NCBI GenBank assembly: GCA_964016885.1
Contig: OZ024740.1
Location: 359,414,001-359,478,000, forward strand
Source of the DNA: Eledone cirrhosa
Taxonomy: Eukaryota
DNA length: 64,000 bases
Direction: 5' to 3'
The translations under genes were made by a program, and so were the position numbers. Position 1 is the first letter of the stretch. Each line of letters starts with the position of its first letter. The notes under the pieces were generated by a model. The model saw only the letters and a list, made by a program, of their open reading frames with translations, was not told the DNA's origin and searched no databases. This document shows, piece after piece, positions 1 through 12,966 of the stretch.

Positions 1-1232
1 CAATACTTTAAAACATTGCCTCGAAACTCATTTCGTATAAATGTTTGTTAAGCTGATTTCTCTCTTCTGGTTTTTATACTCTGTGATGCTATTTGATACC
101 AGGTAGCAGTAGCTTCTCATTCCTACGTTACAAATGAAACTAGTAATCAACCTCTGGTATGACTCTACTTCACTTTGGAAATCAAACCATCGCTTTGAGT
201 GCTGAACGTGGTTGACGCCTGGATCTTCTGCAATCTAATAAACCGATATACATATGGATGTGTGTGTGTGTGTGTGTGTGTGTGTCTGTGTGTCTGTGTG
301 TCTGTGTTTGTGTGTGGAGATAAGTCTCCTTTAGAAATTTTAGAGGAATAGACGAGCGTTTCTGGTGGATTTTACCATTATTTATATATGTAAATATGTA
401 TGAGTGAGTATTTAATCCAATGTATTCATGAGTATATCTGGCATCTTACTGCATGTTCAAGAAAGAATAACAGACGTATATTAATTGCCACAGATTCCAG
501 AAGATGATAAATACTTCTATTCAAACTCAACTGTGCACAGAAGCCAAGAATCGCAAAATATGTAATAATTTACATTTCGAATATCTTGAAATTACTGGCA
601 CCAAACATTTGCATTTAAAGCTCTGTAAATTCTTGAAATGCTCATGCATCAAATATCAACATTTCAAAATTACTCTTTACATTTAAGAAGTGAGCAATGA
701 AAAATATTAGGCTTCATGACAGCTATTCATTATCATCGCGCAAGGGAATGTGTGGCATAGATATTAGCACTTTCAAACAGTACTCGTACATTCTGCTATA
801 TCCATCTCAAACAAGCTTCCAGCATAGTAGAATACATTGATATTAACAGCGATATCAGTATTCTTCATTCATAAATTACCATATGTATGGAAGCACCGAA
901 TCTCATTGTAGTTGCCTAACATCGTCAACGTAAAATCGTTGAAACTACTAAAAGTGTAAAATTGATTCGATACCGCTTTTGTAATTTTTTGACTTCAAGA
1001 TTCTACACTTGGTGCACTCGCGAATGAATAAATATTGATTAATTAAAATAATGTGTTTAGTGGTTGATTTATTAATTGATTAGGTGATTGACTATTGAGT
1101 AAACATGCGAATGTTCATTTACTCAATAAATAAAGTCATACTCACGTTGAGGTGTTGCAGTGTGTAATTTTGTTTTTCAAAGAATATTATTCTATGATTT
1201 AATATGATCTTCTTTCTTTTATATTCATAAAG

Positions 1233-1412
1233 GTGAATTCAAGAAATTTGCATTAGATTGGCAGACAAGTACGTGGTGTTTGGTAGCAGGTATACTTGGA
1301 ACTGTTTCCAGTGAAATGAGCGTATATACACTCACTATTATCACACTTGAGCGTTTCTACGTCATCACACACACCATGCAGCTGGACAAACGCTTATCCT
1401 TGAGACGTGCAG
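1233..1412 (+). CDS. Internal exon of a leucine-rich repeat-containing GPCR (LGR, bursicon receptor/rickets-like), ECL1-TM3-ICL2
   Basis: Pyrimidine tract and AG at 1231-1232; GTAAAA donor at 1413; 180 bp, phase 1/1. Translation (G)EFKKFALDWQTSTWCLVAGILGTVSSEMSVYTLTIITLERFYVITHTMQLDKRLSLRRA matches the glycoprotein-hormone-receptor/LGR TM3 pattern W-Q...C..AG...SE.SVYTL..ITLER. Not present in the ORF track. Confidence 0.93.
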
Positions 1413-1633
1413 GTAAAAATATTTATCAATAATTGACTTATATGTATATTTTTGAAGATGTTTAAAAGTATATGCTTATGTGTTTCTATTAAACACACAC
1501 ACATACACACACACAGAGACACATTATACGTATGTGTAAGTGTGCTAAAGTGCATAAACGGGGGGGACTCCTCATAGATGGTGTAATACATATATATTCC
1601 TTTAATAAAAGCTTAACTCACACTCTCTTTCTT

Positions 1634-1704
<71 letters not shown>

Positions 1705-2249
1705 GTATCTCCCTCGCCCTTCCTAATTTTACGCTAAACAACTTTTCATATCACTGATGTAACATTTAAAGTCGTGTTCTAGATTCATTAGCATAAAAAC
1801 CAAAAGCAAATTGCAATTAAAATGAAAAAGAACGTATGTGATGAAAAATAGTAGGGAAATAAATGAATGTAAAACCTTATCATACGAACAAAGATATGAA
1901 AACATGAGAACAATTTAGAAATTAGGTTTTCCAATGCGCTGCTGAAAATCCAGTCATATGGACTGGTTTGATGAAAATTATGTCGTGGTCCACACAGAAA
2001 ACAATCGGCAGGACAGTGGGTATAGCATGTATTCATTACATGAATATTTAATCTCAAAAGCAATGATCACCAGGGCAGATACGGAATACGTGGTAGGTAG
2101 GGGACTTACTAATGATATTCAAGCTACCATTGATCTTAATGAAAATAAGAAGTTCTATCATCTCATTGGCTCCTTTGTTTTCTAATGTCATCGCTACACT
2201 ATTTACTATTTACTAAATCAACAGAAATCGCAACTATTAAACCTGTTGT

Positions 2250-2790
2250 AGATGATGCAGTATTCGATACCATTTAACTAATACCTGTCGTATCTCCTTG
2301 GATATTGCGTACCTAATAGAAGAGGTAGCAACGGAAATTAGTAAACTGAATATTGATAGGGCTCGTAGTAAAGATCAAATTGTAAGCTGGGCTCTTACGG
2401 TTTAATGGCAGTTGTATCAAGCAAAATCTCCACAAGCTTATTTGTATAACCAGGATATATATATTTCTATACACCAGGATTGAAAGATGCAATTATGATT
2501 CCTCTCTATGGAAGATATGATAACACAATAAACTGCAATAACTACAGGCGCATTGCTTTAGTATCAGCTGTTGACAGGATTCTGGCAAGTATTCTTTTTC
2601 ACTGCCGACATTTCAGTGAGTTTCTGTTCTGGGGGAGGAACAATGAGTATGAGTTTCACAGTAAGATAGATACTGATGGGTTCTGAACAGAAAATTGATA
2701 CAGTGAAAGTTTTCATTGATCTAACGATATTATGAATAAGACATTCTTGTAACAAATACTCTGAAAACTCGGTTGTCCAGACCAATCTGT
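2250..2790 (+). mobile_element. Highly decayed RTE-like LINE reverse transcriptase fragment
   Basis: ORF 2480-2686 KDAIMIPLY...CNNYRRIALVSAVDRILASIL resembles the RT N-terminal motif (I.PI.K.GD...C.NYR.ISLLS...KIL). Confidence 0.5.
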
Positions 2791-3274
2791 ATTGATAATT
2801 AAATAATTTCACAATGAAGTGAAAGCAGGGAAAATGTGTTTTTAAGGACTGTGTGAAGTTTTCTTTAAAATTATTTCATCGTCATCAATGTAGAAAATAA
2901 ATAAGTGATGGTGCAGATGTTTTTGAAAAGCTACTCATCTCTCATAGAGAATTTAAGCGAGTTGCACGAAAACGTACATTTTGTGAAGTGGATGGGAAAA
3001 ACTTTGTCTGCAGTTTTTGAGAAGGCATATATCTTTCTCTAATAGTATAGTTGATGTGGGAAGGTCTGCATATCTATCAATGGATTAGAAATATAATGAT
3101 ATACATCTTAATACACCTTTCCATACTGTATATGGACTGGTTAGTCTCAGCCTGCCGGTTGCTTTTCCAAAGCCTTTCAAATATTTATTCGTAAACATAT
3201 CGTATATTATTTGATATACAAACCTCAAAAATATACGTATATATACAGCTATGTTGGGGCGAACATACACATTC

Positions 3275-3623
3275 CAATTTTTACGTATGTATGTGTACGT
3301 GCATTTGTGTGTATTGCTTACCACGTGTGTTTGTTCATTTATTTGTTGCCTGTATCGCTGTCAACTTTATAATAGTCTTTATTTTCTTTTTTATGCCTTT
3401 TATTATTTTATATATTTTTTCTTATATTTATTTGTGTGTGTGAGTATGTAGAGGTCTGTGTATATATTTCTATTTTTTTACATGCGTATGTATGCATGTA
3501 TATATGTGTGTATGTATGTGTATGTATGTACGTGTGTATATACGTATGATTGTGTGTATGTATGTATGTATGTATGTATGTATGTATGTATGTATATGTG
3601 TGTATGGCTATGTATGTGTGTGC

Positions 3624-3660
<37 letters not shown>

Positions 3661-4210
3661 GTTGTATATATGTATGTATATGCATGCATATGTTGATATT
3701 TATGTGTGTATGTATGTATGTGTATATGTATGTGTATGTATATATATACACATATATATGTGGGTGTGCGTGTGTATATATGTGTGTGTATGTATGTGTG
3801 TGTGTATATATATATATGTGTATGTATATAATTGTGTGTGTGTGTGTGTGTTTGCATGTGTGTTTTTATTTTATTTTTCCTTTCCTTCTTCCTTCTCCAG
3901 CCTCACTTTCATATAGATTGCATTTTTGTTTTTAAAATCCAAAGTCAATAAATACGCCAGGATTTTTTCATTCTGATGATTGAAAGAAAAATTTTTTTGC
4001 TTTTAAGAAACCACTGGTAAATGAAATAATTGCCTTATGTTGTTTATTACATAACTATTAAGCTCTGTTACCTACATAGAGCACTTTTTTTCCTGGACTT
4101 TTCCGGCGGAATTACTTCATTTACACATATATTCTTTTAACGATCGACTTTCGTCAAATCGGACCGAGGGAACAATGTTTCCGTTGGTCTTTCAAATTGT
4201 TAATACTATC
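3275..4210 (+). mobile_element. Non-coding, microsatellite-bodied, hammerhead-bearing element (5'-truncated copy of the 17.7-19.1 kb unit)
   Basis: Colinear with 18295-19110: shared unique blocks (gtgcatttgtgt..ttaccacg..gtatcgctgtcaa; ttccttcttccttctccagcctcactttcatatagattgc; the hammerhead; aagctctgttacctacatagagcact) separated by TG/TA repeats. Confidence 0.8.
3966..4026 (+). ncRNA. Type I hammerhead ribozyme, intact core
   Basis: Helix I UUUCAUU/AAUGAAA, CUGAUGA, helix II UUGAAAG/CUUUUAA, GAAA, helix III ACCACUGGU, cleavage triplet GUA (4017-4019). Confidence 0.85.
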
Positions 4211-4257
4211 TATCGGTCGCAACTCCAGGTAGAAGGATATATATATATATATATATA

Positions 4258-4328
4258 TAACGAAGGAAATGTGGTAAGGAACCAGATGGACCATAACGCA
4301 CCAAAGTACTCAATACTTAGGGTAGTAT
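4258..4328 (-). mobile_element. Short 3'-terminal fragment of a PLE family, embedded in (TA)n
   Basis: ataacgaaggaaatgtggtaaggaacc...caaagtactcaatactt, nearly identical to 37082-37150 and the reverse complement of the 13.1-kb and 19.15-kb copies. Confidence 0.7.
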
Positions 4329-4436
4329 ATATATATAATCTAGATAGATAGATATATATATGTGCTGTGTGTGTATGTGTGTGTATGTGTGTGCAAGTGA
4401 GTGTGTGTGTGTATGTATGTATATATATATATATGT

Positions 4437-5036
4437 CACCAGTTGGTGCTACTGGTAACATGTATCCCAGTACAACCTGTCTCATGGTCGGGTCGTTGGC
4501 GACTAAACTGCAACCCCACCAAGGTTTCTTGGTGAGGAGGGTGACTTTGGACATCCTGCAGGACTAAAAACAAAACCTGTCAAAGGGCAAAGGAGCTCTT
4601 AAGAGTCAATGGCCATCCCAAATAAGCGGGAGAGATGACCCCTTAGCCTTTGTCAAGGCAGAATTCTAGGAGAAGGAAAGCTCTGATATAACACCTGCAA
4701 CCCTGATGGTATCCAATGATGTTGACTTGTTCTTCTTTTTGGTAAATATCATCTTGGTTAAGAGAGTGGGACTGGCTTTGTGCAGTGCCTTTGCTCACCA
4801 TAAAAGCTTCACGGCACAGGCATTGCTTTATATCTGGAGATCTCTCTGCACTTGTCGTCACATGGTACCATGGGCCCAGCACTATATGTCAATAATTGTC
4901 ACAAGTGTAGTGTTTGTACCAGAGTTTTCAAGTCGCTGGCTGGACTAAAAAGTCACACTTGTTCAGCGCATCGGTAGGGGTTCTCCTACATGGATATAAG
5001 TAGTGGCCGTACTCGAAAACGAGTTGGCAGCTACCA
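4437..5036 (+). mobile_element. About 600-bp non-autonomous interspersed repeat (unclassified), flanked by (TA)n
   Basis: Near-identical inverted copy at 56600-57195. No recognisable protein motif. Orientation is arbitrary. Confidence 0.75.
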
Positions 5037-5151
5037 TATATATATATATATTTTATATCTAAAACTATAATAAAGGAAGGTCTGCGGGATTGCGTACGGT
5101 ATTTTTTTTATCCCGTTTGTAAAATAAGTTGGATTACTTTAAATAAATAAT

Positions 5152-5339
5152 TGTTTCTACTTTAGGCACAAGGCCAGCAATTACCCAGTGCATTACTGGT
5201 ACTTTATTTTATCGACCCCGTAAGGATGAAAGGCAAAGTTAACCTCGGCGGGATTTGAACTCAGAATGGCAAGGACCGTAACTCTATGCGTCAAAGCATG
5301 GCGTCCGACCCTCTACCGATACTGCCTATCCACCGCCCT
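5152..5339 (-). mobile_element. tRNA-derived SINE with Meta-like central domain, subfamily A
   Basis: A box tggcagtatcggt-like, B box gagttcaaatccc, central gcctttcatccttacggggtcgataaaataaagtaccag. 18-bp TSD ttactttaaataaataat at 5134-5151 and 5340-5357. Confidence 0.88.
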
Positions 5340-5879
5340 TTACTTTAAATAAATAATGAATGAATATTACATAATTTATCTACTCAATTTCGTAAACAAA
5401 AATAATTTCGTAAAAATAAATAATTTCAAATTGACTTCTTTTCAAAGTTGCACTTCCGGTATATCGTCGCCACCACCACCATTTCAACTACCATATATAT
5501 AGAAAGAGAGAGTTTGTGACGAGAGAGATAGAGATATTAGGATTTTCTACACGTATTTTCTACACGTATGATTGTGCACATTCATACATCTATATGTATG
5601 AGTATATAACTATTATGAGTATATAACTATAATCGCAAACACAAACTTATAAAAATATACTCTCAAGGACATAATTCACACAAATACACATACATTCACA
5701 CATATTTTCACACAAACATACATACATGCACACATATACTTTCACACAAATATATATACATTCACACATATACATTTACACAACCATACATACATTCACA
5801 CATATACATTTACACAAACACACACATACAATCATGATAGCGTTCGGTTTAATTGGAGATGGGAGGGTAAAACAAGTAT

Positions 5880-6585
5880 AACGTTTTATTTATTTATTAA
5901 CCCTTTATTTATTTATTTATTATCTCTTTTTTTTTAAACTCATTTAATATAATGGTTACAGAACGAAAACACTAACAAATATAATATATACAAAGGGAAG
6001 GTAAAGGAAAAAAAGAAAGAGAAAAAATACACAAGCAGGTAATACACACATCTTAGACCCCATAGAACAAAATGCAGACGAAAGGGGTGGAAAAACGAGC
6101 CGCTACCAGAGCAAAAGATAGCAATATAGCGAGGAGCACTGGGAAACCTCTCTAACAATTTTTGCGTTACCTAGGGTGATGGCGAAGCTGAGGTGCTGGA
6201 ACAACCAAGTGCCCTCACGAGCATCACCAGTTACCTATGTTTGGCGAGCCGCCAGTGAAGATAAGAACCTCGCTGTCAGTCGCCCGACTCCCCAAACGTC
6301 TCGAACGCCACAGCCTGGATAATGTAGTTAGCTGACAGAACACAGTATTTTAGGATTTTGTTCCGTTCAGCTGCGGATGCTGTAGCTCTCACCCTTACCG
6401 CTGCATCCAGAATGTGGGAAGAAGTAAAAGAGTCACTAACTGTGACGTCTCGGGTAAGGCACCTGCCTCTTGACAAGGAGCACAGAGCAAGACCGTCAAG
6501 TCTTTTCCCATCAATTCAGGACAACCCAGACGGTTCCAAAATTGAGAGGATGTTTGCCTGGGCCAAAGCTCTTGGGTGGTAATAG
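5880..6585 (-). mobile_element. 3' fragment of a CRE-like non-LTR retrotransposon (restriction-like endonuclease)
   Basis: Minus strand reads EPSGL..DGKRLDG...RDVTVSD...AAERNKILKY...AVAFETFG...TGDAREG...GNA, the PD-(D/E)xK endonuclease C-terminus typical of CRE elements. Contains stops. Confidence 0.7.
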
Positions 6586-6739
6586 GACAGTGTGTGTATG
6601 TGCGCGCGCGTGAGTTTGTCGGCGTTCTTAAATTAGAGACACGTGTGTGTGTGTGTCACTGTTTTTAAGTTAGAGACATATATGTGTGTATTCCTTTCCT
6701 TCCTTTTACACACACATACATTCACACAAACACACATAC

Positions 6740-7435
6740 ACATTGTGTGATGGACGGGTGGACAGAAGTCTCTCAAATTTATATACATGTGAATGGACTT
6801 CTGCTGAAGCAGTTAGAGAAGCTCAAGTATCTTGGAGCTGTGTTCATGAGTGATGGTATGCAGGAGGCTGAATTAAGTGCAAGAATTGCAAAAGCTGATG
6901 CAGTAATGTGCCAGCCTCAGCATTCTGCAATCAGAAGAAGAGGGTATGTGTAAAAAGCCAAATTCGCTGTCTTCCTGGTATTCCTGCCAACTCTTACCGA
7001 GGATCATGAATCTTGAGTAATGACCAAAAGAATACAATTGCAAATAAAAGTGGCAGAAATGGGATTCCTCCGAAGGGTCTTTGGAGTAACGTTACTCGAT
7101 AAAGTGCATAGCTCAGAGACCAGAGAGTCACTCCTGGTAGAGCCGCTACTTCTCCGAATTGACAGATCACAACACCGATATTATAAGCATGTGGTAAGAA
7201 TGTCTCAGTAAAGAATAGCTGGACACATTTTACAGGCAAAACCAACCGGAAAGAGATCCAGAGGTAGACCCTGAGCAAAATAGTTGGATAACAACCATGA
7301 GCTTGGCTGGTCATGCTTTGGGATCCAGCTGGATTAGTTAGAGATGTTTGCTACTGACAGACTTGCTGGAAGGAGTGTTTGAGAAGGACTCTTCCCCCAC
7401 GACCCTCTCAGAAATAAATGGGCGAAGAAGAAGAT
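6740..7435 (+). mobile_element. 3' fragment of an RTE-clade LINE
   Basis: LKQLEKLKYLGAVFMSDG..ELSARIAKA and AEMGFLRRVFGVTLLDKV, with GKR.RGRP and an (AGA)n-type tail. Confidence 0.82.
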
Positions 7436-7589
7436 ATTGTCAATTTGCTTTTCAATTTACATATATCTATATTCATAGATATTTGCATATAATACCAATA
7501 TGCACACTACATATGCTAGCAGAAAACTGCACGAGTGACGGTTTTTCTGCTAGTATATATAATCTCGATTGATAGATATATGTATGTGT

Positions 7590-7673
<84 letters not shown>

Positions 7674-8302
7674 TGTGGGGGGTGGGTGCAAGAGATGATT
7701 CTTTATTTGTGATCAAAAAGGGATTACAGTTTATATATGTCTCTAAATAGACTACAGTTCGTGCATTATACTTGTACGAGTTCCTTCAAAGCCTATTTAC
7801 TGTGATCGCCCATAGTAAGTACAAATTCTGCGTGTCATACATATTTTGATGTAAACATCTATCAGTTCTTGAAATCTACGCCATGTCATCGAAACTTATC
7901 ATTCTGCAGTTTTCCACGTTAAGCTTTCTTTCTGTCATTTGAATTATTGTTTGATTGTTTTTGTTGCTATTGTTGTTATTTGCTGTTGTTGTTATTCAGT
8001 CAAATTTCAGTGCTCAGTAAGCGATTCAGCCCTGACCACCCCGTCCTACTCTCGTATCTAGATACTATAGATAATCACCGGCCCTATTGAACAATGGGAT
8101 TGTAAACATGATTAGATTTAATTAAGCCCTGTCTTTGCAAATCATCAAAACAAAGGTTGTAGTACGATATATAGGCATGTTCAACAAGGATTTAATCATG
8201 GTTGTAAATAGGTTATGTAGGAGGATATAATCATCTGTTTAAGCAGAAGATGGACTATAAAATTACCGTATAGTATGCTGCACTAAATTCGATATAATTT
8301 AA

Positions 8303-8509
8303 CCCTTTAGTATTTACATTACTCTATATTTACTATTGTACTTTCGCGGTAAAGGCTTTACCTTATATGATATCGAATCTATGAGATTTTGATATTATTT
8401 ATTTTGAGAACAATACCTTACAGTCAGTATGAGCTGCCGGTTACAGGTGGTTTGAACAGAAAGAGGTGAAAGAATTTTGGAAGGATGCGGTCGGTTTAAA
8501 TGTTAAAGG
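8303..8509. mobile_element. Possible piggyBac-type MITE
   Basis: TTAA-ccctttagtattta ... taaatgttaaagg-TTAA: imperfect terminal inverted repeats with TTAA on both flanks. Confidence 0.5.
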
Positions 8510-8673
8510 TTAATTAACCCTACCAGTTCCATCCAGTTTATCATTATACTAGCCATACCCATTATATTTGCCATATATACTGTATCATTTAAAAGTCATT
8601 CCCAGTTGCATGATCAAATGCAATCCGCGAAACTCGGCGTAGAAATAGAAAGTAATTTCAGTAATATAATATA

Positions 8674-9312
8674 CTAGCCGAATTACCCGCGCGTTGCTGC
8701 GTTTCACACATTTCTTTTTTTTTTTCTTGTAAGAAAATGATGATTGATTTTAAATCAGTGATATGGGGAAAAACTCTGCATTTCAATATTACTCAATGTA
8801 AAATGTAATGCATGAAAAATTGGAAAACATTATTTTTTGTAATATATCAAATCAAAATTACATTATTAAATCTTATTCTTATTTTGTTTCTTGTAAATAA
8901 TTTTTTTGAAAATATCAATTCAAAACTTTTGTGAATATCTTGCCATTTACCTATGGTTTAAATTTCATATAAATCGAAGGGAAAAAATTTCCAGCGGGGG
9001 TTTGTGCCTCCGGGGAACCCTAATAGGAGGTTTAACTCCCATTAGGGTATCTTAATATTATTGGAATTTGCTTGAATTTTGTGAATAGGCATCATATCTT
9101 GTCATTTACCTATGGTTTAAATTTCATATAAATGGAAGGGAAAACATTTTCAGCGGGGGTTTGAGCCCCCGGGGAAACCCTTTGATTAAAATGAAATATA
9201 CGTAAGAAATCAAATGGGCATGAGCCTCAAGTTTCATCAAGTTTTAGGTTCACAAACAAATCCACAAACAAACACACATACACAGACAGAAATTGCCATT
9301 TATGTGTATAGA
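8674..9312 (-). mobile_element. Non-autonomous Helitron
   Basis: Minus strand starts A|TC (tctatacacataaatggc) and ends with the GC hairpin cgcagcaacgcgcggg followed by CTAG|T. Internal direct duplication of about 85 bp (about 8935-9020 and 9096-9181). Confidence 0.78.
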
Positions 9313-9579
9313 TATATGATAGTCTCTCATTTAGTATTTGTAAACCCTAACATACTGTATGTGTGTGTGTGTGTGTGTGTGTAATTTCTATGGGTCACCT
9401 TCAGCCAATCCTGCGTTAAACGCGCGAAATATGTCGATACACAATAAAAGAATAAATACATATAAACGAAACTTCATCGTTTTTCTTAATATCTAAATAT
9501 GTACACTCTGCCAGTGAATCGAATACTCGTTTTCATACCACAACCAGTAATTCACTGAATCACATTGATTATATATATA

Positions 9580-11155
9580 TAGGGCGGGTAAAATTTCCTA
9601 GATCCATAGACGAGTTCGCTCCAGAGGTATCTGTCCTTCATCACGCCACCATGTCCTGTGTCTCCAAGAGACCTGTGTCTGTCCTTAGGGCATCAACATA
9701 AGTCAACCTCGGTCTCTCTTTTCTAGTGTGTCCGTGTAGGGGCTCCCACAGGAGCACTGAGTGCAGTATCAACTCTGATTATCGGTCAGCATGTTCAGCT
9801 AACCTCGGTCTCCTCTGTGTTACTTTAAAGCTGACGTTTGGGAGGCTCCCATACAGCTCAGAGTTCTTCATCCTCAGTGTATACTGATTAATGTTCAGAG
9901 CCATCCTCGGCATTCTGGTGTAGCACCCATCCACCATCTGAGAGAGTTTCTTAGTCAGTGTCCAAGTCTCAGACCCATACAGTAGCACAGACTCCACTGT
10001 AGCAACAAAGGGACGGATCTTCAGATCTTTAAGAAGGTCCAACTTCCACACTGATCTCAAACTGTGGCACGCCGCCTAGGCTTTGCTCTTCCTCTCAACC
10101 ACATCATCCTCTGTGTTCCCAATCTTTGCTCCCAGATACAGGAAGTCCTCAACCAACTCTAGCGGCTTCCCGCCCATATTCATAATCTTCCCTGGCTTCT
10201 TAATGTTCTCTACCAGATACTTCGTCTTAATCTCATTCATTCTCAGGCCCATACTATTCGACAAAGTTTCCACCTCCTGCATCAAATCCTCTGCCTCCTT
10301 TACTGTGTTTGTCACCAAAACTATGTCGTCAGCAAATCCAGCATCTGATATCTTTTTCACCTTAACTCTCCTCCTCTGAGCCAGTGCTACAGTAAAGCCA
10401 AAGTCCTGGTGTTTCTCCGGTGCAAGGTACATGATAAAAAGGTAGGGAGCCAATGTATCTCCCTGGAGCACTCCAGCCAGCATTTCAAAGAACTCCGTTA
10501 TCCCGTCAGGTGTAATGATTTGGGCTTTGGTGTTGGTGTAGAGCAGTGACATCAGGTCCACTATCTTCTTGGGGGTTCCATAAGCCTGTAATATCTTCAT
10601 CAGGCAGTGACAGTCCACAGAATCAAAAGCCTTCGTAAAGTCAATGAAAACCATGACAGTAAGTAGGCTCTTTGCTCTAGCTCCCTATAATATCCTCCTC
10701 AGCATCAAGATGTGACTGGTGGTTGATCTTCCCTCACTGAAGCCGTTCTGGTTGTCCCTGAGCTACTTCTACATCTCGGGCTAGATCATGTTAAAAACCA
10801 TCCTGTTGGCGGTCTCGGCCACAAGTGACGTCAGTGAGATCTCCCTGTAGTTGTTGGTGTTAGTGAGATCTCCCTTCTTTAGCACTGGGACGATGTTACT
10901 GATCCGCCACTGATTCGGCGCAACTCCTTTTTCCAGACCCTGGTTACACAACTCCAGAATGATATCATCAAAATCACACCTCTTCATCACTTCTGATGCC
11001 ACTCCATCTTCTCATGGGCTTTCCCCTCCTTGATCTTCTTCTTGGTTCTCTGAAGCTTCTCTCTGGCGAAGGGTCCTGTCTCAATATCGAGTTCCACAAA
11101 CAGTGCCTGATCTCCCCAATGTCTGGACTGTGGAGGGCGGCTCTCCTAGTAGGGC
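9580..11155 (-). mobile_element. 5'-truncated RTE-like LINE (RT pseudogene)
   Basis: ORFs 10781-11002, 10076-10654 and 9779-10060 carry KKGDL..NNYREISLTS, FIDFTKAFDSV, GVLQGDTLAPYLF, FADDI and VLLYGSETWTLT. Confidence 0.9.
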
Positions 11156-11277
11156 CCTATATATACAATTTTTGTCCTGTAGAAGTCATTTCTATATTGA
11201 TATTCTTTACTAACGTAGAGTGTACGTTACATAACTGTGGTTATTTCTCAATCCCCTTCGAGATACCATTCGTAATT

Positions 11278-11351
<74 letters not shown>

Positions 11352-12294
11352 AGAGAGAGAGTCTGTTTATTTGTCTATCCGTCTGTCTATCTGTCTATTT
11401 GTCTGTCTGTTTATGTCTTTCTGAGAATGACAGAGAAAACTCAGAACAGACGGACAAACAGAGATTTCCCACCCGATTGCTTGTGGTGTTCCACTCTTCC
11501 CACCGTACAAATAGCCCATCATAAAAAAGGCCTATTCGGGATAAAATGTATCGATACAAGGCAACAAAATAGGAAACAAGACAATACAATGCTCCTAAAA
11601 TGGAAAGAAAATACATCAAATAAAGATTTTTAATTAGAATTCTCGCTGTGTAAAGAAAGAAATGTGAACACACCGATATCTCCTCTGTACACAGAAAAAC
11701 ATACAAAAGTGTCTTCAACGTGTTCAAAGATTGTTTTCTCCCCATTAGAAGATAACTATCCGTATTATTCGCCTTTTTCTTACAATTTGGCCAATATGAT
11801 TCAACTTACTTGTTTTCGGAGGAAACTATGAAATCTAACATAATGAAGACCTTTTTTATATTTTAAAGAGAGTGACGGCATTCATTTAAAAGGAAAGATA
11901 AACGACAAACAAATGTAAAACAAAATGATATATAGAAGAGGTACTGTAAGAGAAAAGGGGGGGAAAGAACACGAGGAAAAAATGAAATAATCAGATGTAG
12001 AAAACAGAAACACAAAGAAAAAGTGAAATAGGGAAAGGGTGAGAAAATACAGTAAAATTAAAATAGAAGGAAAGAGATGAGAATAGAAATAACGAAATAA
12101 GAAAAAGAACGAAGAGAAAGAAAAAAAGAATGAAATGTGGAAAAGAAAAAGAAAGAAAAGAAAAGTTGAATAAGGAAAAAGAAAGAAAGAAAGAAGTATA
12201 TGTAGGCAGTGTAAGTTGAAGAGAGGAGGAAATAGAGGAAGGGAAAACACAGGAGCATTAGGGTATTTGAAATGTCCTTATGGAATGGACTTTC

Positions 12295-12595
12295 ATCAGT
12301 TTCGACGATGAGTGTTCCAGTTGTTCAATCATGAAATTAACGAGTAAGTAGCTCAGCGTTCCACAGACGCCTTTACCCGCAAAGGTAATTCTCAGAGAAT
12401 TTCAGCCAGACACATCAGGTGTCAAACTGACCTTCCATCCGACGAGCTTCCAAATAGTTTCTCTTTACCAAACTTTACTCACAAGACACAGGGTCGAACT
12501 GAGCTTATTATAAATGACAAATACTCAAGATGTCCCGCAGTGAGATCAAATTAATAATTGCAAGGGGACTTCTTAACTGTTCGATCATGCTGCGT
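12295..12595 (-). mobile_element. Decayed copy of the second tRNA-derived (CORE-like) SINE family
   Basis: Reverse-complement similarity to 55795-56110 (gttccagttg..gaaattaacg..gtagctcagcgttccacag; taccaaactttactcacaag). Confidence 0.55.
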
Positions 12596-12853
12596 CCACA
12601 ATGTCTATTCAGAAAACAGACGATCAGTAGGTAGAATGAATATAGAAATCAATTTCCAAAAGAAACTGTTAATCTTATTGCATAGATCACGAGTTACTAG
12701 AACTAATACTAAAATCAAAAAGCACTAAAAAATGAGAGGGGGTTTTTTGTCATTGAATTAAATATTGTCTCTCTCTTAAAAACATTATATAGTCTTCGTT
12801 CCATTGATAAAAAATATGTATAAAAATCATGAGGAACAGAAATAACTGTCTTT

Positions 12854-12920
<67 letters not shown>

Positions 12921-12966
12921 TATAAAATGCGATTCTCGCTGAATCTTTATTTGTATATATATATAT

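Larger units (their letters stand above)
5058..7553 (+). mobile_element. Non-autonomous Helitron carrying nested SINE, CRE and RTE insertions
   Basis: 5' TC (tctaaaactataataaag) and a 3' hairpin ending CTAG|T (ctagcagaaaac..gtttttctgctag). Both ends and internal blocks are shared with the inverted copy at 57566-58411. Confidence 0.65.

Noticed and set aside
3408-3935. Long ORFs of alternating Y/I/C/V/H/T, also at 17.4-18.9, 46.4-47.2, 57.0-57.7 and 62.3-62.7 kb
   Set aside because: These are translations of TA/TG/CA microsatellites that lack stop codons, not proteins.
4643-4948. ORF pair conserved with 56689-56994
   Set aside because: The conservation only reflects two young repeat copies; no protein motif is present.
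11882-12258. Phe/Leu/Ser-rich membrane-like ORFs, also at 22471-23030
   Set aside because: Low-complexity purine/pyrimidine tracts.
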